IMG/VR virus record: IMGVR_UViG_3300020045_008807
Location: 1 to 40,429 of that record
Source of the DNA: a virus
Taxonomy: Duplodnaviria > Caudoviricetes
DNA: 40,429 nucleotides
Reading direction: 5' to 3' (one strand)
Position 1 is the stretch's first letter, and each line of letters starts with the position of its first letter. Made by a program: the position numbers and the translations under genes. The notes under the pieces are model-generated. The model was not told the DNA's origin, searched no databases, and saw nothing but the letters and a program-made list of their open reading frames with translations. Positions 24,416 to 35,413 of the stretch are shown here, in pieces.

Positions 24416-25799
24416 ACCCTCCAGTCGAACTGCCTGAAGGTGTTGTTAAAGGAGCTCCTTGAGAAGTTGTTTTTAATGCATTAATTTTAGCTAATGCATT
24501 CTTTTCAATATTATCAAGAACTGTTCCAATATCTTGTCCTTGCATTAACTTAGGAATGAATTCTTGTGAAATCATTGTTTTAAGGTCTGTTTGAGCTCCT
24601 TGTGCTCCAAGTACTGGAGATATTGTTGTAGCAATTTCTGAGAGCGTATTAAAGATATTTGCATACTCTGCAGAAGGAACAATTCCTTTGTTTACATACT
24701 GTTGAAGTTGGTTTACAAGAGCAACTGGACTTATATTAAATCCTGCACTTGCTATTTGTTGTTTAGCTGTTTCAATTAGTGGAGATGCTTGATTATATGC
24801 ACCAATCATATTTTGAACATTTGAACCTTGAGCTTGCTGTTGTTGTAGAGCTCCAAGAGTAGATAAACCACCTTGTCCACCAAGCATTCCTCCTGCTTGT
24901 CCTGTAATTGCTGAATAAGGCAATTGACCAATTGAGGTTGGTTGATATAGTCCAGCATTTAATACTGTTCCTTGTGCGCTTAATCCTCTTTGTGCCTGTG
25001 TTTGAGCACCAGTATATGCACTTTGAGCTGCTCCTTGTTGTGTTGATTGCTGAGTATTCCAAGCACCTAATTGACCAGTAAGAGCGTTCATTTGATTAGT
25101 AAGAGCAGTTCTTTTACTTAAATAGAGTTGTTGTAGAATTCTTCCTTGTCCTTCTTTATACTGTATTGTTCCTTGTGCTTGTCCAATTGCTGCCATTTGT
25201 TCTGCTTCTGCTTTATCTAGGTCTGCAAGTTGTTGAGTTATGTCTTGAATAGCCTTATCTTTATCAGCAAATCCTTCAATAGGCTGTTGGAATTTATTTG
25301 TTAGTAATCCTTGTGTTTGAGCTTCGTTTGCTGTTTGTTGTCCTGCTTGTCCTACATTCTGAATTTGTTCTTGAGGAACTGCTGAAGAAATAGGTTTTTT
25401 GACTTCAGGCTTTGGAGCATTTGGGTCTACATAATTAGGATTTGGTTGTCCAGTTAGTGTGTTGAATTTGTAAGATTTGTCGTCTGGTGCTAATTGTTGT
25501 TGTGTTGGAGCATGATATTCAGTCTTACTTCCATCTGGAGAAACAATCGACTTTACAGGAGTAGTTGGTTTTGGAGCACTTGTTATTGTTCCTTGTTGTT
25601 GAGCAAATGAACCTTGATAAGGGGTCATGTTTGGTGGCTTAATTACACCAGGGGTTGTTCCTTGTGTAACTGGTGTAGGAGACATAGTTGTTGCTTTGTT
25701 GATAGTTCCAATGACCCCACTCGATGTATTCCCAAAAGGATTGTACATAGATTGTTTTGGAACTGCTCCTGTTGTATTAAATGCTGAACTGTTTGCCAT
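24399..25799 (-). CDS. Q/G/T-rich ejection (DNA transfer) protein
   Basis: Composition and position after the adaptor. Confidence 0.55.
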   Translation of the reverse strand: MANSSAFNTTGAVPKQSMYNPFGNTSSGVIGTINKATTMSPTPVTQGTTPGVIKPPNMTPYQGSFAQQQGTITSAPKPTTPVKSIVSPDGSKTEYHAPTQQQLAPDDKSYKFNTLTGQPNPNYVDPNAPKPEVKKPISSAVPQEQIQNVGQAGQQTANEAQTQGLLTNKFQQPIEGFADKDKAIQDITQQLADLDKAEAEQMAAIGQAQGTIQYKEGQGRILQQLYLSKRTALTNQMNALTGQLGAWNTQQSTQQGAAQSAYTGAQTQAQRGLSAQGTVLNAGLYQPTSIGQLPYSAITGQAGGMLGGQGGLSTLGALQQQQAQGSNVQNMIGAYNQASPLIETAKQQIASAGFNISPVALVNQLQQYVNKGIVPSAEYANIFNTLSEIATTISPVLGAQGAQTDLKTMISQEFIPKLMQGQDIGTVLDNIEKNALAKINALKTTSQGAPLTTPSGSSTGGFAEQW

Positions 25800-25824
25800 A
25801 TATTTTATAAATTAATTAATAATG

Positions 25825-26751
25825 CTATCCAATCGATTGAGGATATAAATTGGGGTTTATTGTATTTACAGCCCCTCGCAAGTTAGCATTGACCGTTTTG
25901 CTTCCTGCATATTTGTCTAATAATTCTATTCCACTATTATATAAACCTTCAAATTCTGCTTTCTTGGTTGGATTATCTACTATGGTTGAAAAGTAAATCA
26001 TCAAAGGTCTATAAACTAAAAGGTCTTGAAAGTCTTCCAGTAAGAGGGGTGCTTGTCCAATTATATAACTTGCTCCCGTTGTAGTCCCTCCAGTATATTT
26101 GTTCACCAATACAAGATTTGTTGCATCTGTAAGTGAACTAATTTGATACCATTTCCCATCGCCTTTTGGTGGTGTAATTTTAATCCATAAGTTCAAGTCT
26201 AACACTGAACCTGCTGAAGGCAAGAATGTTGCTACAAATGCTGTTCCTGAACCTACAATAGCAGTTGAGTTTAATGTTGCTGAAACCGTACTAGTAGTAT
26301 AGTCTGAAATAGTCAAATCTGTAACTCTCCTCTTATAGTTAAATGTAATAGTATTCCCTGCTGTTGCTGGGATAGGCCAGAAACCGATTTGATTGTTGTA
26401 TATAAAGTAGTTGTTAGGAATATCTCCATAATAAGGAAATACATTTAATTTATCCCAATCAGCTCTACTAAGTATTTCTGTAGGTGTCCATTTTAATGTA
26501 CCAATAGTAATTGTACCAGTTTTAAGTTTAGAGTAATCAGCAGGTAAATCATAAAACTGTTGATTTGCTACTGTTAAAATTGTTGTTGATGCTTCATTGA
26601 AAAAATACTTCTCGAGTAGATAACGATGAGCATCGTTTACCATACCCTTCAAAAGTTCAATGTTTGAAGGCGAAGTATTTTGCGATAATCTTGCTGCGTA
26701 AGTTACACAGTCAGTTGATTTTGTTATGTCGTTTGAATTAAATGTTCTCAT
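25825..26751 (-). CDS. Head-tail adaptor with an inserted beta domain
   Basis: TVANQQFYDLPADY, IGFWPIP, EDFQDLLV pattern; Thr-rich insert. Confidence 0.65.
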   Translation of the reverse strand: MRTFNSNDITKSTDCVTYAARLSQNTSPSNIELLKGMVNDAHRYLLEKYFFNEASTTILTVANQQFYDLPADYSKLKTGTITIGTLKWTPTEILSRADWDKLNVFPYYGDIPNNYFIYNNQIGFWPIPATAGNTITFNYKRRVTDLTISDYTTSTVSATLNSTAIVGSGTAFVATFLPSAGSVLDLNLWIKITPPKGDGKWYQISSLTDATNLVLVNKYTGGTTTGASYIIGQAPLLLEDFQDLLVYRPLMIYFSTIVDNPTKKAEFEGLYNSGIELLDKYAGSKTVNANLRGAVNTINPNLYPQSIG

Positions 26752-26806
26752 GATTTTTTTCTATTAATAATAATTTATGCTGATGGTCTTGTTGGTTTCA
26801 TATAAT

Positions 26807-27577
26807 TTAATTTAATTTAGTGGAAGTTCCACTTTTATTTCTCCAATAAAGGTCGCCAGTTGCGTTCATATACAATAATCCATTCTGTCCATTTGCTGTT
26901 GCTCCTATTCCAAATCTTAAACCACCAGTTGTATCTTCCATTACATAAGAACGTTGCCAGGGAGTATCTGCTGAGCCAAGATATACAGGTTGTGCTATTT
27001 GATAATAACCATTTGTAATAGTTGAACCCCAAGTTCCTGTAATAGTAACAACAGTAGAAGTATTTGAAGCAATAATAGCAGACTCCACAAAAGTTCTACT
27101 AGAATCAAAAATGTTAATTATCGCACCTGCTAAAGAGTTAGTTGCAAAATTATATCCAGGAATAGTTATAGTGCTTTGTCCCATAGTTACTGTGGTAGGA
27201 ACATCGTTTTTATTAATATATGCAGGTGGTCTAAATGCTGTTATAAAAGATTGATTAGCAGCACTTTGAGGATAATGCAATAAATTAAATTGTAAATTAT
27301 CAGTAGTAGTATCTAGTGGTTTTCCACCCATAGCCTTTCCACATTCAATAGAAGTTTGAACTAACTCAGTTGCAGTATTAATAGAATTTATATTTGAAAT
27401 CATTCTGCCTAAACCTATTTTAAGCGGACTTCCAATAGGTAAATCTACAGCAGAAACAGGAGGAGTATCTAATCCGTCGTGTCTATGAGAAGCAAGCTTA
27501 GAAAGAGTATATTGCTTTTGATTCATATAGTCTTCTATTCCTTTTTTTATTAAATTGTTGATTTTTGCTTCGTCCAT
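26807..27577 (-). CDS. Tail protein (HRHDGLD motif)
   Basis: Downstream of the nozzle; C-terminal LYWRNKSG. Confidence 0.55.
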   Translation of the reverse strand: MDEAKINNLIKKGIEDYMNQKQYTLSKLASHRHDGLDTPPVSAVDLPIGSPLKIGLGRMISNINSINTATELVQTSIECGKAMGGKPLDTTTDNLQFNLLHYPQSAANQSFITAFRPPAYINKNDVPTTVTMGQSTITIPGYNFATNSLAGAIINIFDSSRTFVESAIIASNTSTVVTITGTWGSTITNGYYQIAQPVYLGSADTPWQRSYVMEDTTGGLRFGIGATANGQNGLLYMNATGDLYWRNKSGTSTKLN

Positions 27578-27578
27578 A

Positions 27579-29648
27579 TTATTTAATTCTTATTTCTTTT
27601 AATCTTACATACGAAGGACTAGTTGCTGTACTTGTCATTGTTGCCTTAATTTGTATCCATTGAACATTTTGGAAGTTTGAATAACCAACTCCCGATATGT
27701 CTCCAGTTCCACCACCTTGTGTAATTGGCACATCTGTAAATGCCTCTGATATGTTTGTTCTATAAGCAAGGGCAACTGTTTCTCCTGCAACTAATGGATT
27801 AGATAGTTTGTATTCTAGTCTTTCAAATGTCTTTGGTGTTAGGAATTGTCCTACTGGTATCATGTCTGATACTACATAAGATTCTCCTGCTATATAAGGA
27901 GTAGCAACCCCTCTATCAACTCCACCAAGTGTTCCTTTTGTATAACTTCCCGTAGTAGTAGTAGTAATAGTTCCATTTGTAGCAGTCCAACCTATCATCA
28001 ATCCATAACCATCATTTCTTGGAATATAAGGATTTGAACTCATAAAATTAAAAGGCATAACTGCTGAAACGAATCCTGCATAAGTATTTTTACTCGTTAT
28101 GTTTTGTTGAATAATAGAGTTTGTTATTAAGTCAATCGCCCATAAGCCACCGTATTCTTCTACCGCCACTCCTGCATTTGTAAAACATTGAACTCCAAAA
28201 TACAGTTTGTTTCTATTGAAAGTCGCACTTGTAAACATAAAGTAAGGATTAACTGTCTTACTTAAATGGTCTGGTAATTCTTTGTAGAAAGAAATGTTTG
28301 AACCATTTGTCATATAGATTCTTCCATTATATCCTGCAAAAATATAGGTAGTAGTATTAACAGTTACCATTTTTCTAACATAACTTTCCGAAAGATAAAT
28401 AGGATAGTTGTATGAAGTGGCGAGTCTATCCCATACATAAATGAAACTAAACATACCACCTATTAAAAGATTCTGACCTAAGAAAGTTAGTGAAGTAACC
28501 ATATCATCTTCTGGTATTCCTTGTACTGAATTAGTATTGTGAGTCCAAGTAGTAGGCACTGTAAAGACAAGCCCTGTGTCTGAACCAGTTGCCGCTTCAC
28601 TTATTATTGCTGTTTTAGAATTTGTTCTTGAAACGATATAAGCGCCTGCTGGTATGTTTCCACCATCATCAGTAATTAGTGAGCCAACCATATCTGAAGT
28701 AAAATAATTTGTAGTAGTTGTTATTGTTGTACTTGTATTTGTAGTAACTCCATCTGCGGCTGAAATGGCTCCTGCTGCTGGTCTAAAAGTTTGACCAGCT
28801 ATTTCTTGAATTGATTGAACGATATTATCAAGACCAAATCTTAAACTTCCATCAATAGGGTCAACTACAATAGGTCTAGGGTCCAATGAACTCCCAGTAG
28901 AAGAAGTTTGCACAAAAATAGTCATAGGATTCGTTGAACTTGTTGTGTAAGACAAACTAGGAATGCCTGTTGCTGGATTCCATAATGGTTTTATCCACAA
29001 ATAATTAGGAGATGTTAAAAATAAGTAATCTTTCCACCCAATTAGTTCACGCCCAGTATAGTAAGAAGTATCAGTATCGTCGCTTGCATTAACTACATAA
29101 ACCCACTTATTAGTACTTCCCAAAATACCACTATTATATACCCACAACTTATCGTTGTAATCAAACATAAAAGTTATTGGGTATTCTCCCCAATAAACAG
29201 TTGCAAAAGAAAGAGGAATCCCTATCTTAATAGTAGAAAATGTATTTGTTCCACTACCATTATCCGTTACAAGTTTTTGAGTTCCACCTGCTGAAGTTGC
29301 TATTGTAAAGGTAGTTGGTGTTGGTGTTGTTTTTATGTAGTAAGCGTCAGTAACAGTAATTCCAGCAGGAGCGGCACCACCCACATTAGTAAACAAGATA
29401 GCAGTATTAACTTCTAAAGGCACTACTCCATCATAAGTAAAGATATCAGTAGTATGGTCAACTGTATAAGCGACTCCCGTTATTGCTCCTTGTGTCATCA
29501 TATCGTCTGACCTCATCGCAACAGAAACTTCTCCGTGGATAGTACTATTGTCTATGTTTCTTATATCAGAAATACCCTCATAAGGATTATCTGAAATCCC
29601 ATTTTCCCAACCATTTATTACTATATCTTCTTTTTCTAATGTGTACAT
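27579..29648 (-). CDS. Tail nozzle/stabilization protein (P22 gp10-like beta-propeller) with inserts
   Basis: 689 aa, beta-rich; C-terminal FERLEYKL...WIQIKA; position in the tail module. Confidence 0.6.
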   Translation of the reverse strand: MYTLEKEDIVINGWENGISDNPYEGISDIRNIDNSTIHGEVSVAMRSDDMMTQGAITGVAYTVDHTTDIFTYDGVVPLEVNTAILFTNVGGAAPAGITVTDAYYIKTTPTPTTFTIATSAGGTQKLVTDNGSGTNTFSTIKIGIPLSFATVYWGEYPITFMFDYNDKLWVYNSGILGSTNKWVYVVNASDDTDTSYYTGRELIGWKDYLFLTSPNYLWIKPLWNPATGIPSLSYTTSSTNPMTIFVQTSSTGSSLDPRPIVVDPIDGSLRFGLDNIVQSIQEIAGQTFRPAAGAISAADGVTTNTSTTITTTTNYFTSDMVGSLITDDGGNIPAGAYIVSRTNSKTAIISEAATGSDTGLVFTVPTTWTHNTNSVQGIPEDDMVTSLTFLGQNLLIGGMFSFIYVWDRLATSYNYPIYLSESYVRKMVTVNTTTYIFAGYNGRIYMTNGSNISFYKELPDHLSKTVNPYFMFTSATFNRNKLYFGVQCFTNAGVAVEEYGGLWAIDLITNSIIQQNITSKNTYAGFVSAVMPFNFMSSNPYIPRNDGYGLMIGWTATNGTITTTTTGSYTKGTLGGVDRGVATPYIAGESYVVSDMIPVGQFLTPKTFERLEYKLSNPLVAGETVALAYRTNISEAFTDVPITQGGGTGDISGVGYSNFQNVQWIQIKATMTSTATSPSYVRLKEIRIK

Positions 29649-29651
29649 AAT

Positions 29652-30182
29652 TTAAAATAATGCTGTTCCTAAATGTCCAATTTGAATTGTAGGGTCGCAC
29701 CATACTTTATAACCATTTTTAATTGCCTTATCGCAGAAATAGACATCTTCCGACTCTGCACTATCTAACGAGAAATAAGGCGCTCCAATCTTCTTAAATA
29801 CTTCCATATCTATTAATAGGAATCCTGTAGGAACAAAAGGAACTTCTGACAATTCTGTAATGTTAGGAACAGTAGATACTAACGGCATTACTTTCTTATT
29901 ATATCTTCCACCTATGATTTCCTTATCGTGAGCAATTAACTGCTTAATAGAATCAGGACCAAAAACTACATCTGAATCAACAAATAATAAGTGAGAACAA
30001 TCAGTTTCAAAAGCCATTTTAACTACATTTTCTCTATTGTAATGAATATAACAACCCATTGATAAAAGAATTTGGAATGATACAGGCGTGCTAATTAATG
30101 CTGAGATTAAAGACCCAACCATTTGCGCTTCCATTTGACCGCTTGTTACTAATCCTACCCCTAATTTTGTTATTTTTGACAT
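29652..30182 (-). CDS. GT-A fold (family 2-like) glycosyltransferase
   Basis: NRE, HLLFVDSD (DxD), GFLLID..VF, SEDVYFC, IGHLG. Confidence 0.8.
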   Translation of the reverse strand: MSKITKLGVGLVTSGQMEAQMVGSLISALISTPVSFQILLSMGCYIHYNRENVVKMAFETDCSHLLFVDSDVVFGPDSIKQLIAHDKEIIGGRYNKKVMPLVSTVPNITELSEVPFVPTGFLLIDMEVFKKIGAPYFSLDSAESEDVYFCDKAIKNGYKVWCDPTIQIGHLGTALF

Positions 30183-30189
30183 ATAATTA

Positions 30190-31017
30190 TTATGCTACAT
30201 TACCTAATAAATCTGTAGTATTAGTTCCCATTGGTGTAAATGTTATATAACTTCCTGTAAGCATTACTGGTGAAGTTGTGTTTGCTGACCAGTTTATTTG
30301 TGGTGTGACTGTTGTGGCTCCGTTTGTTCTTATTAATCCTCTAAACTTAATAGCCCAACCAACCGTAGAAGTTGCAGTAACTACTGTTGAAGCAACCTGT
30401 GTTACAAAGGTCATATTTGAAGCAGTTGAAGTTGTATTTGCTGCTAAAATTGAAGCATTTACAACATAGTTTATTGCAGTAGGAGCTGAACTACAAGCAA
30501 AAGCCATAGCTGCAGTACAAGTTGTTGTAGAGTGAGTAATCATATACAATCCCTCAAACATATAAGTTGTTGTTGCTCCTAATGTCCATACATCTCCTGT
30601 CGTTGGGAATGCTGATTGAACTCCTGCTGTAGTTGCTAAGTTAAAACCACCAGCTGGAACTATTGAGAACATTGTAGACGGACTTAATCCTCTAGCACTT
30701 GCTACAGGAGTTGTATAAAAACAAGTACCATCATATTCATTAGCACCTGCGGCTGCTGTCGTTAAATTGACTCCTGCTGTCATATTAATAGGTGCTCTAG
30801 CATTTGTTCCTGCTTGAAATGTTATATTTGTCGCCGCACTTGCCGAAAGATTTGTTGCTGCCACTGTTCCTATTGTTGCAGTTCCAGTTGTATTGTTTGT
30901 TGTAGAATTAACTGTGGTTATTGTTCCAGCAGTTGCTCTAACATCTGACCATTTTTTTGAACTTGTTCCTAAGCTTCCCTCATTGTCTGCTCTTGGAACG
31001 ATATTTCTTGTTGCCAT
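30190..31017 (-). CDS. Thr/Ala-rich tail fibre or spike protein
   Basis: MATRNIVPRA N-terminus; AGANEYDG; C-terminal beta-sandwich. Confidence 0.6.
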   Translation of the reverse strand: MATRNIVPRADNEGSLGTSSKKWSDVRATAGTITTVNSTTNNTTGTATIGTVAATNLSASAATNITFQAGTNARAPINMTAGVNLTTAAAGANEYDGTCFYTTPVASARGLSPSTMFSIVPAGGFNLATTAGVQSAFPTTGDVWTLGATTTYMFEGLYMITHSTTTCTAAMAFACSSAPTAINYVVNASILAANTTSTASNMTFVTQVASTVVTATSTVGWAIKFRGLIRTNGATTVTPQINWSANTTSPVMLTGSYITFTPMGTNTTDLLGNVA

Positions 31018-31065
31018 AATTTTTAATGCTCCTTAATTTATAATTTATTATTTAAGCAGAGCTAC

Positions 31066-34000
31066 TTAAACGATAATTTGTGTATCACTAATTGATTTTA
31101 CTATATTTATTTGAGTTCCTAGTGTTGAAGCTGTTGTAGTTAAATCTGTTCCAGTTAATACTCCATTAATTGTATCATACAATGAGCCAGCAACTAGTCC
31201 TGTTTGATTATTGTCTATTCCTCTAACTAGAACATCTGCTGTTTGACCTCTTGCGACATTACTTTGAACTATCCCTGAAAAATTATTAGACATACCTTGC
31301 ACCCAATAAGTGAATACAGTTGCGCTATTGTATGCTGAAACAGCATACCCATTATCTAGGTTTATTGCTTGATAAGTTTCTGCTACTGTTCCACCTGCAA
31401 AAGAAGAAGATAAAGTATTTCCACTAATAGTTATTTTTAGACTAGAAGCTAGAGCAAGAGAAATAACATTTGTACTATCTTGCAAGATTAGAGTTCCTAG
31501 CGCACCATTATTAGTACTATCATAAGCAATTTCATTACTTGGAGTAGGGGTTGTTCCTGAAACAGAAAATGCCATAATAAACACCCCGTTTGCATTTATT
31601 CCACGAACTTTTACCATATACTTGTCTGTATCAAATGAAACTACTGAAGTAGTCCCCAGACTAGCAGAAATTACTGTAGTTGGAGTATAAAGTAGTTCGG
31701 TTCCAGCTGTAATAGTTACCCCTGATACTGTGCAAACCTGACTTGCAATAGAGTCTGCTCCTTTGAATGTAACGAGTACATATTTATCTGTATCAAGTCT
31801 TGTTAAATAACTAATAATGTTGTTGCGTGAATTTGCACCAGGAGTTACTTCCCCACCAAAAGTAGCAGTAGTTCCTGATACAGTAAAACATATCATCTTT
31901 GAATTAGTTTCCGTCGCGGCTTTATAGCAGAAAATTCCCTTATCAGTAGAAAGATAATCTGAACTCCAAGACGTAGAGGTTGCAAGAGTTGACCCAGCAG
32001 TAGAAGCAGTTGCTTCTGCGCCAAAAGTAATTCCATTACCTGCCACAGTTCCAACTCTATATTTAACAATAGTTGTAGAAGCGTCAGTTAAATAAAATAC
32101 AATAAACTTATCAGTATCTAGTTTACAACAAGTTCCATAGCCACTAGTCATTGGAGTAATAGCAGTTGCTACAATAGCAGGATTTCCAAGTGTAATGGTA
32201 TTAGTATCACGATTAACTTCCCCTACTTGCATATAAAGAGTATCAGAATTATCAGTAGAACGAATCATAAATACAAACTTATCTCCACCAACAGGACAAG
32301 CTGTTTGTTGAAAAAAAGTTGCATTAGAAGCAGCATTTGGAACTCTATGAAGAGCTGTTTTTAAGTATAACCTTGATTTTGAGATATATCTATTCGCAAA
32401 ATTAGTAATTCCTACAGGTGTTCCTGCGGTAAGATTTTCAGAAGCAGTACAAGTTATCAATGAACTATTAGGTAAATCCCAAGGGTCATTACCTACCATT
32501 ACATTTCCACCTACATCTGAATAGTCATATACTTTTGGTTGAATGTCGTCATTGACATCTAGTTCAAATTCATCTTCATTTGGTGTTCCTGTAATAGGTT
32601 GTAAGTCACCATTAATATCTTCCTCTAAAGCATAATCAATAGAACCACCTACCGAGAGTAGTGCTTTTTTAAGATTTCCACTATCACTTGTATCTGATAT
32701 TAAAACATAGTCTGTTGCCTCAGCAGTAACTTCTGTCTTATTTGTAATTGCGGTTTTATCTACTGTAAGTCCAGTTGCACCAGTTACTTCTCCTGTGTGT
32801 GTAGCATTTGGAGTAATAGCAATATCTCCACTTCCAAGTAGAGTTGTAGAGTTTATCGTTTTTATGTTTGTTCCTGAAACAAGAATCGTTTGATAAAGAG
32901 TATCAAAATATGTCTTTAGAAATACTTTCACATTTGTCCAAGTTGTTCTAATTTGAGAGAAAGAATTTGCTGAATCGTTTCCTGTAACTTCATCTGCATC
33001 AATAAGAGTAATTTTTTCTACTGCTGGTCTTAATGGAGCTTTTTCATTATCTAATTCTTCAATAGCGCCCTGAACCGTAGACGATGATATATTCCCTGCT
33101 GGTGCAAAAGACACAGAACCAGCAGAAGTTGCAGCCGAAACACCACCTGCAAGTGATGTAGTAGTTCTATAATCTGCTCCCTCTTGATATTGTCCATCTC
33201 CTTTATAAATCCAACGATAAAGTAATTTAACTTCATTATTTATATTTACACCTGATACAGCAGGTGCTATTTCTGCACGAGCCAAAGCGATAGTTGCATA
33301 AGTTGTTGAAGCCTGTGTAGGAATAACATAAATTGGTCTATCAATATCAGTGCAAGCATAAACCCAATAACATACGAAATCGTTATCAGGAACGGCTTTA
33401 AGTGTATAATCATCTGTATCAAGCCAATAAGGGTCGCCTACTCCACCACCCAAGTAAGGAGTTCCGTAATCTAAGAAAGTATAATGAGTTGCATCATATT
33501 TAAACCACCCTCGCATATTTGTTCGTTGCCCTGTTGCGTATGAATGGTCTTCGTCCCAGATAGTTCCTGTTTCAATCTGTAAGGTAGAATCTGCTGCTGT
33601 GGTAGGTGCTGTTTGGTTTAACCCATCTTGGTATCTTGTTCCAATCGTGGAGTGCGCCCAAATGTGCATAGGAATATCACGATTATAAACGTGAGTTTCT
33701 TCTTGAACTGCACCTGTTGTTCCATTCCAAAATACTGTAGCTACAAATACATTAGCATACCAATCCCAAGGACTTGCACTTGCCTTTAATGTTCCTGAAG
33801 CGTCGTCAAATGATACATAGTAAAGTGTTGGGGTTGCTCCGAGAACTACATAGTCATCTAAATCACAAGTAATTGCACTTGCTGTCGTATATTTAGTTCC
33901 TTGAAACCAATATGTATTTGTTCCTGCTGCGAGTGTAACAATATGAGTTGTGTTATTCCAAGTTACTGCTCCGTGTTGTTGTATTCCGTGATATATTTGT

Positions 34001-34827
34001 TTTCCTTGAACTGTAGTATATAAAGTTAATTCAGTTTCATCTACCGAAATTGCACCTGTTCCATCATCATAATCAAGCCCGTTACCAACCGCATTGCCTA
34101 CTGCGTCTTGTGCCATTTCATCTGTATATTGAGTTATTGAAGACGAAGCAAAGTCAGATGCTTTATAACCACTATCTTTTATTAATTTCCCAGTAGAATC
34201 TGCAAATGATGCAAAATTATCTCCTGTTGAACTTACTGGTCCACTTACATCACCAGCACCAGTTCCGTCTGTTCCCTTTAATGCTAAAATATCCCAGTAA
34301 ATATCGTCTGCTGGGGTTTGTCCTGATGCTGGAGTAGCGTTTATCCAAATATAAGAAGTTCCTAAATATGCTACTGCGTCATTTATTGAGTAAGTAGTTC
34401 CACCATCATAAGTTCCTCTCCAAGTAATATCTAAACCTTGTGGTATTTCAAAATCAAATATAGCGGCGCCTGAAGTTCCAACATTAGTAACAGTAGCAGG
34501 AGTTCCTGCAGCAACTGTGGTTACTGTTCCAACTGCGATTGTAGCTGCATCTCCGGTATCTCCCTTTAATCCTTCAGGAATTCCAAAGTCAAATATTGCT
34601 GCAAATTGGTCACCTACATTGGTTACTGTTGCTGATGCTCCAGGTGCTAATGTAGTAGTGGTTCCAACTGTTATTGTTGCGGCAACTGATACACCGGAAA
34701 TAGAAACCATTAATCTACCAGTAGTAGGGTCTACTCTGAGCATTCTTATCTCTTGTGCTGCATTGTCAGTTATCCCTCCTAGGACTGGTACATGATTTTC
34801 GTCTCTTTTTAGTATTTCATCTGCCAT
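31066..34827 (-). CDS. Large modular tail fibre / receptor-binding protein
   Basis: Tandem VGT.TT...ATVTNVG...FDF.IP repeats, short collagen-like GxY, WRGTY module, C-terminal propeller-like repeats. Confidence 0.75.
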   Translation of the reverse strand: MADEILKRDENHVPVLGGITDNAAQEIRMLRVDPTTGRLMVSISGVSVAATITVGTTTTLAPGASATVTNVGDQFAAIFDFGIPEGLKGDTGDAATIAVGTVTTVAAGTPATVTNVGTSGAAIFDFEIPQGLDITWRGTYDGGTTYSINDAVAYLGTSYIWINATPASGQTPADDIYWDILALKGTDGTGAGDVSGPVSSTGDNFASFADSTGKLIKDSGYKASDFASSSITQYTDEMAQDAVGNAVGNGLDYDDGTGAISVDETELTLYTTVQGKQIYHGIQQHGAVTWNNTTHIVTLAAGTNTYWFQGTKYTTASAITCDLDDYVVLGATPTLYYVSFDDASGTLKASASPWDWYANVFVATVFWNGTTGAVQEETHVYNRDIPMHIWAHSTIGTRYQDGLNQTAPTTAADSTLQIETGTIWDEDHSYATGQRTNMRGWFKYDATHYTFLDYGTPYLGGGVGDPYWLDTDDYTLKAVPDNDFVCYWVYACTDIDRPIYVIPTQASTTYATIALARAEIAPAVSGVNINNEVKLLYRWIYKGDGQYQEGADYRTTTSLAGGVSAATSAGSVSFAPAGNISSSTVQGAIEELDNEKAPLRPAVEKITLIDADEVTGNDSANSFSQIRTTWTNVKVFLKTYFDTLYQTILVSGTNIKTINSTTLLGSGDIAITPNATHTGEVTGATGLTVDKTAITNKTEVTAEATDYVLISDTSDSGNLKKALLSVGGSIDYALEEDINGDLQPITGTPNEDEFELDVNDDIQPKVYDYSDVGGNVMVGNDPWDLPNSSLITCTASENLTAGTPVGITNFANRYISKSRLYLKTALHRVPNAASNATFFQQTACPVGGDKFVFMIRSTDNSDTLYMQVGEVNRDTNTITLGNPAIVATAITPMTSGYGTCCKLDTDKFIVFYLTDASTTIVKYRVGTVAGNGITFGAEATASTAGSTLATSTSWSSDYLSTDKGIFCYKAATETNSKMICFTVSGTTATFGGEVTPGANSRNNIISYLTRLDTDKYVLVTFKGADSIASQVCTVSGVTITAGTELLYTPTTVISASLGTTSVVSFDTDKYMVKVRGINANGVFIMAFSVSGTTPTPSNEIAYDSTNNGALGTLILQDSTNVISLALASSLKITISGNTLSSSFAGGTVAETYQAINLDNGYAVSAYNSATVFTYWVQGMSNNFSGIVQSNVARGQTADVLVRGIDNNQTGLVAGSLYDTINGVLTGTDLTTTASTLGTQINIVKSISDTQIIV

Positions 34828-34831
34828 ATAA

Positions 34832-35098
34832 TTAAAATGTTATTAACAAATAGCCATTGCTATCTGTTCTTATTGGTATTAAAGTTTTACCATCTGTGTT
34901 TGATACTCCATAAACTGTATTCTGGTCATTTTGGTCTATTCTGCTTTTATCTACAGCCGTTGGGACTATCACTTCCCCTACTCCTTCCATCAGTAATCGA
35001 TTAGTAATAGGGTCTAATGTCAATGGAATAGGCGTAATGCTATCAGTAAGACTTAATCCTTTCCCTATTGTTTGTGCATTAGCGTCTATTTTTGACAT
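34832..35098 (-). CDS. Small tail-associated protein with a duplicated motif
   Basis: Two ID.N...G.S..D..T..P...D...LL repeats resembling the fibre N-terminus. Confidence 0.65.
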   Translation of the reverse strand: MSKIDANAQTIGKGLSLTDSITPIPLTLDPITNRLLMEGVGEVIVPTAVDKSRIDQNDQNTVYGVSNTDGKTLIPIRTDSNGYLLITF

Positions 35099-35413
35099 TT
35101 ATTTTTCTATTACTACTAATATTGCTGTTGCTGCTTGTTCTATAAACTGAACTGTTAGTTTGCCAGGAGGAACCATGTATCCTTTTGAAGTATTTGCTGG
35201 AATAAACTCATCAAATGAGTTTGATGCTGCTGCTGCTCCCCACTTCATAAAGATACCCTTATCAATTGCTGTTACTTCAATATAAGTTGTTGATGTATTT
35301 AAAGTAATTGCTGTTGAACTACTTATGGTTGCATCGTATGTCGTTGCTAAAGGAACTCCTGTTGGTGCTATATTAACTGTTCTACTATTTGAATCTATTG
35401 GTAATGTTATCAT
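35099..35413 (-). CDS. Small beta-rich virion protein
   Basis: ORF track; structural module. Confidence 0.6.
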   Translation of the reverse strand: MITLPIDSNSRTVNIAPTGVPLATTYDATISSSTAITLNTSTTYIEVTAIDKGIFMKWGAAAASNSFDEFIPANTSKGYMVPPGKLTVQFIEQAATAILVVIEK

